A stretch of 64,000 nucleotides of DNA from Clostridia bacterium (lineage in GTDB: Bacteria > Bacillota > Clostridia > Christensenellales > CAG-138). Location of the stretch: contig JAFZYC010000076.1 in assembly GCA_017616435.1 (NCBI GenBank), positions 16,241-80,240 on the forward strand. The letters are read 5' to 3'. The notes under the pieces were generated by a model. It was given only the letters and a program-made list of their open reading frames with translations, had not been told where the DNA came from and searched no databases. The position numbers and the translations under genes are program-made. Of this stretch, positions 58,074-64,000 are shown piece by piece (position 1 is the first letter of the stretch; each line of letters starts with the position of its first letter).

Positions 58074-59330
58074 ATGAAAACCAAACGCATAATCAATACA
58101 GTCATCAGCGCAGTACTGCTCATAGTATTTGCGGCGAACATCGCCGGCTGCACCGCCAGGGTAAAGGCGGGCAACCTTATGGACGATATAGTTCCCGGCG
58201 AAACAAAACCTGTGGTCTACAATTTCGGGGACAGCTCGAAAAAGGCCGCGGATTTTGCCGTCAGGCTCCTTAAGGCGACGAACGCAGAAGGCGAGAACAC
58301 CCTCGTTTCGCCGCTCTCCGTCATGTGCGCGCTGGCCATGACCGCCAACGGCGCAAAGGGGGAGACGCTTTCTCAGATGGAAACCGTCCTCGGCATGAGC
58401 AAGGATGAGCTCAACGAGTTCTTCATGCAGTATCTTGCTAAGCTCGTCAACGGCGAAAAGTACAAGCTGAACATGGCCAATTCGATCTGGTTCACGTCGG
58501 ATCCCCGCTTCACCGTCAATAAGGATTTCCTGCAGGCGAACGCGGATCATTTCGGCGCGGATATCTACCGCGCGCCGTTCGACGATTCCACGCTTTACGA
58601 TATAAATAACTGGGTAAAGAAAAAGACGGACGGCATGATCCCCGAGATACTTGACCAGATCCCGCAGGAGGCGGTAATGTATCTCATCAACGCTCTTGCG
58701 TTCGACGCCGAATGGGCGGAGATCTATAAGAAGTCAGAAGTCTTCACGGGAAAGTTCACGCTTGAGGACGGCACCGTGCGCGATACGGATTACATGTCCT
58801 CCATAGAGGACCTCTATCTTGACAGCGGCAGCGCGACCGGCTTTATCAAGTATTACAGCGGCGGCAAATACGCTTTCGCCGCGCTCCTGCCCAAGGAGGG
58901 CATGACCGTGTCGGAGCTCGTCGCCTCTTTGAACGGCGATGATCTGTTGAAGCTGCTTTCGACCCCAATTGAGACTTCCGTCAGCGTAATGCTGCCCAAG
59001 TTCGAGACGGGCTTTGATATCGAGCTTTCGGAAGTACTTGAAAGCATGGGCATGCCGGACGCTTTCGATCAAAGGAAGGCAGATTTCACCGCTCTCGGGA
59101 CCTCCGCTTTGGGCAACATCTGGATCAGCCGTGTCCTGCACAAGACTTTCATATCGGTCGATGAAAAGGGCACGAAAGCCGGCGCCGCGACGGTCGTCGA
59201 AGCTGTTGATGAATGCGCGGCTGTGTCGTTCGTGAGCGTCGATCTCAACAGGCCGTTCGTCTATATGCTCATCGACTGCGAGACGAATCTCCCGTTCTTC
59301 ATCGGGACAATGATGGACATATCCAAATAA
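58074..59330 (+). CDS. Serpin-family serine protease inhibitor, predicted lipoprotein
   Basis: Lipobox ANIAGC. Serpin core (SPLSVMCALAMTANGAKGETL, NNWVKKKTDGMIPEIL). Hinge/RCL DEKGTKAGAATVVEAVDECAAV, then NRPFVYMLID. Confidence 0.85.
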   Translation: MKTKRIINTVISAVLLIVFAANIAGCTARVKAGNLMDDIVPGETKPVVYNFGDSSKKAADFAVRLLKATNAEGENTLVSPLSVMCALAMTANGAKGETLSQMETVLGMSKDELNEFFMQYLAKLVNGEKYKLNMANSIWFTSDPRFTVNKDFLQANADHFGADIYRAPFDDSTLYDINNWVKKKTDGMIPEILDQIPQEAVMYLINALAFDAEWAEIYKKSEVFTGKFTLEDGTVRDTDYMSSIEDLYLDSGSATGFIKYYSGGKYAFAALLPKEGMTVSELVASLNGDDLLKLLSTPIETSVSVMLPKFETGFDIELSEVLESMGMPDAFDQRKADFTALGTSALGNIWISRVLHKTFISVDEKGTKAGAATVVEAVDECAAVSFVSVDLNRPFVYMLIDCETNLPFFIGTMMDISK

Positions 59331-59343
59331 TGCGATCGACTGA

Positions 59344-60099
59344 TTACCGGCGGCAGGTTTGATCCGTGCCGCCGGTTTTAATCTGTGCAAAATAGTTTGC
59401 GATCCCCTCCGCAGCGCCTTCGGCCAGCTTCCTTTGGTAGGCCTCGGTAATTAGCTGCGCCTCGTCGGAAGCGTTCGAAAGGAACCCGCATTCGATGAGC
59501 ACCGATGGCGCTTTCGGCACCCGCAGGACGAAAAGATCCTCCGGGTTCGCGTATCGCTGAGGTCTGCCGACATGCTCGCACAGGCTGTAAATGACGGTTT
59601 CCGCAAGCGCCTTTCCGCTATCGGAGCCCTTCATGTAGAACACCATCGGACCTGAAACAGAACGGTCGCGGAACTTGTTTATGTGTATGCTGACGACTGC
59701 GTCGATCCTTTCCGACTGCATCAGCTCGCGGCGCGCCTCCATGTCGGCCCTTTTTGTGTCGCCCAGCGCGCGGTCGTCGGTGCGCGTCATCACAACATAA
59801 AAGCCCTTCCGAGTCAGCTCATCCGCGAGCAGCTTTGCTATGCTCAGGTTCAGCTCCGCTTCGATCACTCCCGTCTCTTCTCCCACCGCGCCTCCGTCAA
59901 AGCCTCCGTGCCCAGCGTCGATCAATATCACACAGGCGTCCTCCGGAATGGCGCCAAAAAGACTGTCCGGTACTGCGGAAGCGGGCACGGCCCTCGTCGA
60001 GGAGAGCCCTATCCATGCCAAGCTCAGAGTACCCATAAGCACTAAAAGCGACAGCATGATATCCGCGAGCTTGCGGGCCTTCGGACTGTTTTTGCGCAA
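59344..60099 (-). CDS. cwlD: N-acetylmuramoyl-L-alanine amidase (Amidase_3), CwlD-like
   Basis: N-terminal TM, ILIDAGHGGFDGGAVG, E in VIEAELNL, SIHINKF. Size and architecture match germination-specific CwlD. TTG start at 60099 lies 9 nt after GGAGG. Confidence 0.65.
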   Translation of the reverse strand: MRKNSPKARKLADIMLSLLVLMGTLSLAWIGLSSTRAVPASAVPDSLFGAIPEDACVILIDAGHGGFDGGAVGEETGVIEAELNLSIAKLLADELTRKGFYVVMTRTDDRALGDTKRADMEARRELMQSERIDAVVSIHINKFRDRSVSGPMVFYMKGSDSGKALAETVIYSLCEHVGRPQRYANPEDLFVLRVPKAPSVLIECGFLSNASDEAQLITEAYQRKLAEGAAEGIANYFAQIKTGGTDQTCRR

Positions 60100-60153
60100 A
60101 AAAAACCACCTCCCTTTGTTGAATGATACGTGAGGCGGCTTTCGATTATTACG

Positions 60154-62271
60154 TTAACCGTGCCTTATAATGTAGAATATGAGCCATATCAGCACCGCGA
60201 CGACGACGGCTCCGAGTATGAACCAAACGAAGATCGGTATCGACCAGAACGAGAACCCCGGTCTATTCGGCGCCTGCTCGGTCGGCGCGGCGGTCTCTTC
60301 GGGAACGGGGGTCTTACTTGCCTCCTCGCTATTCACAGAAAGGCTCTTTTCCATGAGCAGCTCTTCCTTGCCGCCGCTCGAACCGTACAGCCTTATCGTG
60401 TGATCGCCCTCCTGGAGCAGTATCCTCTCGCTTCCGAACATCGTCCCGGCGTCGGCTTCTGCCGTCATGCAGGTAACGAGGCGATCCTCGACCTCCTCGC
60501 CGCCGCGTAATACAACGAGCCTGAGCGACGTGATACCCGCGGGATTGCGCACGGTGCCATCGATCTTCAGCTCCGCGTCGTATACCATTGAAAGATCCAC
60601 CGTCCAGCGGCTCAGTGCCTTCTTCCACATCGCGTAAAGCGTGAGCGAGCTTTCGGATGCGACGGTCTCGCCCGGCATATATGTCAGCCCGCTGCCGTCT
60701 TTTGATGTGTTCCAGCCGATAAAGTCAAAGCCCGTTCTCGTCGGTATCTCGACAGGGATCGTGAAGCTGTCGAAGAAGCATTCGCCGTCGGGCGCGTCAA
60801 CGCCCACATTTGCGTTATACGAGATCGCCTCGCCTCCGGTTCCGACAGCCAAAATACTGCTGTTCGTCTTGGTAAACGTCATCGGCTCGCAGCCCGCGGC
60901 GGAGGCCTCCGCTGTGACCTCGACCGTGCAGTAATAAAGTCCCTCGGAAAGAAGACGCGAATCGAACGCTTCCGCAAAGCTCGTTCCGGCCATATCGTTC
61001 CGGCCGTGCGCGTTCGGCGAATGCTCGCCCGAAAGCACGACCGTCCCGTCGGGCAGGCGAAGCGTGACGGAAACGCTCTTTATCAAATGCCTTGATGTGA
61101 CAAATGTGCTGATATCGAAAACGTCCGCCTTCTGCACCTCGCGTGATAGTGCCTCGCCGTTTTCGATGAATATGTCGTCGACGTATGTTACGAAGCTCAG
61201 ATCCTCGGCTTTCGCCCAAAGGCGGCTGCCGTCCTGATAAACGCAGTAATAGATATCGCCGTTCGCGTCTGTAAAGGATCCGCATACGCGTAAGCCCTGA
61301 CCCGCGGGAACGCTCACAGTCGAAGCCCCGGGCATATTGCCGAGGTAGGTATCGCGATTTGCCGCGAAGAAAGCGTTAGTGGGGGAGAGCGGATAGTAGC
61401 CGCCCTCCGTCGCGTAAACGGTCATGCCCGCGGCTATGAGCCTTTCAGCAAGGCTGTAAGCCATGCTGTCGGAGGATGCCTCCAATACTATCGCGGCGAG
61501 CCTTGCGGAGCCTACGCCGACGGCGGTGATGAGGCTGTGCTCCTTCTCGCTGTCGGACCCGGACTTGACGCCGATGCATCCGGTGGACGACAGCATCTCG
61601 TTGGTGTTGTGAAGCTCGATATTCCTTGCCCCGTCGGAGCAGGTAAAGCTCTCTGTCTTGACGGCGATGCAGAACATGTCGTTGCCCATAGCGAGCCTCA
61701 GAAGCAGTGCCATATCGTGGGCGCAGGTGTAATGGCTGCCAGAGCCCAAACCGTAGCCGTTACCGAAATGCGTGTTGGTCATGCCGAGCTCCGACGCGCG
61801 GCTGTTCATAAGATCGACGAACTCCGTCTCGCTTCCGGCTACCTGAGTTTCCGCGACGTATGCCGCGTCCGCGGAGCCCTGCAGGAGAAGCGCGTACAAA
61901 AGATCGCGCCGCGTGGGGGTATCGCCCTTCTTCAATCCCATCTGTGCGCCTCGGCTCGTCCAGGCGGAATTGACCGTCTTGAGCGCGGGAAGGGGAGTAT
62001 CCCAATCGCCGGGATCCGTGTTTTCGATGAGCAGGAGCGCCGTCATGATGGCGGTCAGCGAGCCCGGCCTTGCCGCTGTATCGCTGTTCTTCTCATATAT
62101 AACGGCGCCGGTGTCGACGTCCATGAGGACCGCCCTCGCGGAACCGATGTCTTCAACGCCCGTTATAGGCGAAAGAGAAGGGAGCTCGTCCGTGATCTCC
62201 TCCGCGCGGGAGAATGAGGCCGAACCCAAAACGATCAGTATGGATGCAAGAATTGCAAGAAAACGCTTCAT
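60154..62271 (-). CDS. S11 DD-carboxypeptidase-like protein with degenerate catalytic motifs, Flg_new repeat and C-terminal TM anchor
   Basis: ATG at 62271 (MKRFLAILASILIVLGSASFSRAEE signal). S11-like domain, but SxxK reads SLTA, SxN reads GSAD, and KSG is retained. Flg_new-like repeat (PTRTGFDFIGWNT..SLTLYAMW, 60625-60825). PT linker plus TM (IPIFVWFILGAVVVAVLIWLIFYII). Confidence 0.7.
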   Translation of the reverse strand: MKRFLAILASILIVLGSASFSRAEEITDELPSLSPITGVEDIGSARAVLMDVDTGAVIYEKNSDTAARPGSLTAIMTALLLIENTDPGDWDTPLPALKTVNSAWTSRGAQMGLKKGDTPTRRDLLYALLLQGSADAAYVAETQVAGSETEFVDLMNSRASELGMTNTHFGNGYGLGSGSHYTCAHDMALLLRLAMGNDMFCIAVKTESFTCSDGARNIELHNTNEMLSSTGCIGVKSGSDSEKEHSLITAVGVGSARLAAIVLEASSDSMAYSLAERLIAAGMTVYATEGGYYPLSPTNAFFAANRDTYLGNMPGASTVSVPAGQGLRVCGSFTDANGDIYYCVYQDGSRLWAKAEDLSFVTYVDDIFIENGEALSREVQKADVFDISTFVTSRHLIKSVSVTLRLPDGTVVLSGEHSPNAHGRNDMAGTSFAEAFDSRLLSEGLYYCTVEVTAEASAAGCEPMTFTKTNSSILAVGTGGEAISYNANVGVDAPDGECFFDSFTIPVEIPTRTGFDFIGWNTSKDGSGLTYMPGETVASESSLTLYAMWKKALSRWTVDLSMVYDAELKIDGTVRNPAGITSLRLVVLRGGEEVEDRLVTCMTAEADAGTMFGSERILLQEGDHTIRLYGSSGGKEELLMEKSLSVNSEEASKTPVPEETAAPTEQAPNRPGFSFWSIPIFVWFILGAVVVAVLIWLIFYIIRHG

Positions 62272-62353
62272 ATTTGCCTTCCGTATCGGATAGTTATTTT
62301 TATTGTAACCTATTTCCCGCGATTTTTCAACAGCAACTGTTTTCCCGCCGTCC

Positions 62354-62382
62354 TTGCAGAAACGCGGATAATGTGTTATAAT
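62354..62382 (+). promoter_or_regulatory. Candidate extended -10 promoter for glmM (TTGCAG-17-TGtTATAAT)
   Basis: TTGCAG at 62354-62359, TGT at 62374-62376, TATAAT at 62377-62382. Confidence 0.45.
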
Positions 62383-62456
62383 AACAATTTGAAAGATAAT
62401 CAATTACGACTTCCCGGATCCGGATAAAGCCCGGATCGCGGAAAAAGGAGCGATAT

Positions 62457-63809
62457 ATGTCCAAATATTTCGGCACCGACGGCTTCCGCGGCGAAGCCAA
62501 CGTCGACTTGACTGTCGAACACGCTTTCAGGATCGGACGCTTTTTGGGCCACTATTTCGAAAGGGACCGCGAGTGCCGCGTAGTCATAGGCAAGGACACG
62601 AGGCTTTCGAGTTACATGTTCGAATGCGCGCTGACGGCCGGCCTCTCGTCCTCCGGAGCGGACGTTTATCTAATGCATGTCACGACCACGCCCAGCGTCT
62701 CCTATATCACAAGGACGGATGAGTTCGACTGCGGCATAATGATCTCCGCGAGCCACAACGCGTTCCACGACAACGGCATTAAGCTCTTGAACTCCAAGGG
62801 CGAAAAGATGGAGGAAGCCGTCATCACGGAGATAGAGAAGTATCTCGACGGCGCCATCCCGGAGCCTCCCTACGCCACGGGCGAGCGGATCGGCCGCGTC
62901 ATCGACTATTCCGCGGGAAGGAACCGCTATATCGGGTACATCATCTCCCTCGCGACCCATTCCTATAAGGGCATGCGCGTTGGTCTCGACTGCGCCAACG
63001 GCTCAACATGGGCGATCGCGAAGAGCGTTTTCGACGCTCTCGGCGCGGAGACGCACGTCATAGGCAACTCCCCCGACGGAACTAACATCAACTGCGACTG
63101 CGGCTCGACGCATATAGAAAACCTGCAGCGCCTTGTAAGGGAAAAGCACCTTGATATCGGCTTCGCATTCGACGGCGACGCCGACCGCTGCCTTGCAGTC
63201 GACGAGCACGGAGACGTTGTCAACGGCGACGGCATTCTCTACATCTGCGCAAGGCGTATGAAGATGAAGGACTCGCTGACGAACAACACCGTCGTTACGA
63301 CTGTCATGAGCAATTTCGGCCTCTATAAGGCTTTCGACGCCTGCGGCATTTCGTACGAGAAGACCGCCGTCGGCGATAAATACGTGTATGAGAACATGCG
63401 CCAGAACGGCCATATCCTCGGCGGCGAGCAGTCCGGCCATATCATATTCGGAAAATACGCCACGACGGGCGACGGCCTCATCACAGCTATAAAAGTGATG
63501 CAGGTACTGAAGGACAGGAAGATGAGCCTTTCCGCCCTCACGGAGGATCTGGAGATCTACCCGCAGGTATTGAAGAACGTCAAGGTCACGGATAAAGACG
63601 CCGTGCTGAACGATCCCGACGTCATTAAGGCGGTCGAGAAGGTAGCTTCCGATCTCGGAAACGACGGCAGGATACTTCTTAGGAAGAGCGGCACCGAGCC
63701 CGTGCTTCGCGTAATGGTGGAGGCTCCCACTCACGAGCTCTGCGAAAACAAAGTGGATGAGGTCATCGACGTCATGCGCCAGAAGGGCATGCTCATCGCC
63801 ATCAAATGA
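62457..63809 (+). CDS. glmM: Phosphoglucosamine mutase
   Basis: MSKYFGTDGFRGEAN.. and the active-site loop ISASHNAFHDNGIK. 450 aa. Confidence 0.92.
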   Translation: MSKYFGTDGFRGEANVDLTVEHAFRIGRFLGHYFERDRECRVVIGKDTRLSSYMFECALTAGLSSSGADVYLMHVTTTPSVSYITRTDEFDCGIMISASHNAFHDNGIKLLNSKGEKMEEAVITEIEKYLDGAIPEPPYATGERIGRVIDYSAGRNRYIGYIISLATHSYKGMRVGLDCANGSTWAIAKSVFDALGAETHVIGNSPDGTNINCDCGSTHIENLQRLVREKHLDIGFAFDGDADRCLAVDEHGDVVNGDGILYICARRMKMKDSLTNNTVVTTVMSNFGLYKAFDACGISYEKTAVGDKYVYENMRQNGHILGGEQSGHIIFGKYATTGDGLITAIKVMQVLKDRKMSLSALTEDLEIYPQVLKNVKVTDKDAVLNDPDVIKAVEKVASDLGNDGRILLRKSGTEPVLRVMVEAPTHELCENKVDEVIDVMRQKGMLIAIK

Positions 63810-63820
63810 GGTCAAACGCT

Positions 63821-64000
63821 ATGTATAAGACAAAGGATCTGCTCGATCTCGGGCATACACGCGCCGCCGCCCTTTTCGAGGGCAAGGAATACCCTTGGGA
63901 GGCGCTTGCTGGCATTAGCGACCATATCTTAAAGCTCGGAGCGAGCCTTCCCCGGGATGAGTTCGATTCCCCGCAGGAGGGCGTATGGATAGCGAAGGAC
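63821..64000 (+). CDS. N-terminal fragment of an unidentified protein (possibly a hexapeptide-repeat/left-handed beta-helix transferase); continues past window edge
   Basis: ATG 63821 lies 8 nt after TGAGGT. MYKTKDLLDLGHTRAAALFEGKEYPWEALAGISDHILKLG.. resembles N-termini I associate with small LbH transferases. Too short to be confident. Confidence 0.3.
   Translation, partial: MYKTKDLLDLGHTRAAALFEGKEYPWEALAGISDHILKLGASLPRDEFDSPQEGVWIAKD

Noticed and set aside
62383-62456. Structured leader upstream of glmM (repeated CCCGGATC, CCGGATCCGG palindrome) as a ribozyme or riboswitch
   Set aside because: It is too short (about 70 nt) and lacks glmS-ribozyme features. glmS ribozymes also precede glmS, not glmM. 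It is probably a simple hairpin.

Overview
GC-rich chromosomal segment that looks like a spore-forming anaerobic Firmicute (Clostridia-like). Supporting content: gerA-type germinant receptor operon, cwlD, iorAB, a dockerin-bearing protein, and frequent AGG/ATA codons. All calls rest on reading the supplied ORF translations and the DNA by eye. No BLAST, HMM or folding software was run, and motif coordinates were hand-counted.

I call about 61 tightly packed protein genes, many translationally coupled. I saw no rRNA, tRNA, CRISPR array, transposase, integrase or phage genes.

Gene content, in order:
- iorBA
- gerA/B/C plus a small membrane ORF
- mscL, icd
- HMA-mnmA-deoC
- an S11 DD-carboxypeptidase
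- methyltransferase-hslO-TPR-THUMP methyltransferase
- nth-obg
- fused nadD-yqeK, then rsfS-dnaX-hisS
- an orphan BlaI-family repressor
- a complete formimino-type histidine utilisation operon (hutH-hutU-ftcD-hutI-cyclodeaminase)
- a dockerin metallopeptidase
- UPF0597-folD with a divergent GntR regulator
- pgcA, asnS
- rpiR-PHP phosphatase
- XRE/cupin regulator plus potABCD
- ddl-murF
- patatin and a DUF2284 protein
- ECF sigma / membrane protein / serpin
- cwlD, an S11-like protein, glmM

The window is mostly housekeeping, and I did not find a convincing multi-gene novel system such as a defence island. The best follow-up candidates are:
1. An S11-like protein upstream of cwlD whose catalytic boxes are degenerate (SxxK reads SLTA). 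It carries a long extension and a C-terminal membrane anchor.
2. An ECF sigma / membrane protein / lipoprotein-serpin operon.
3. An rpiR-PHP operon divergent from an unplaceable 335-aa protein. The two share a perfect 28-bp palindrome, and an unexplained about 150-nt terminated region follows the orphan gene.
4. Three candidate leaderless mRNAs.
5. Several domain fusions: NadD-YqeK, MscL with a zinc ribbon, and PotA with tandem TOBE domains.

Long antisense ORFs in the six-frame track are treated as GC-rich artefacts.
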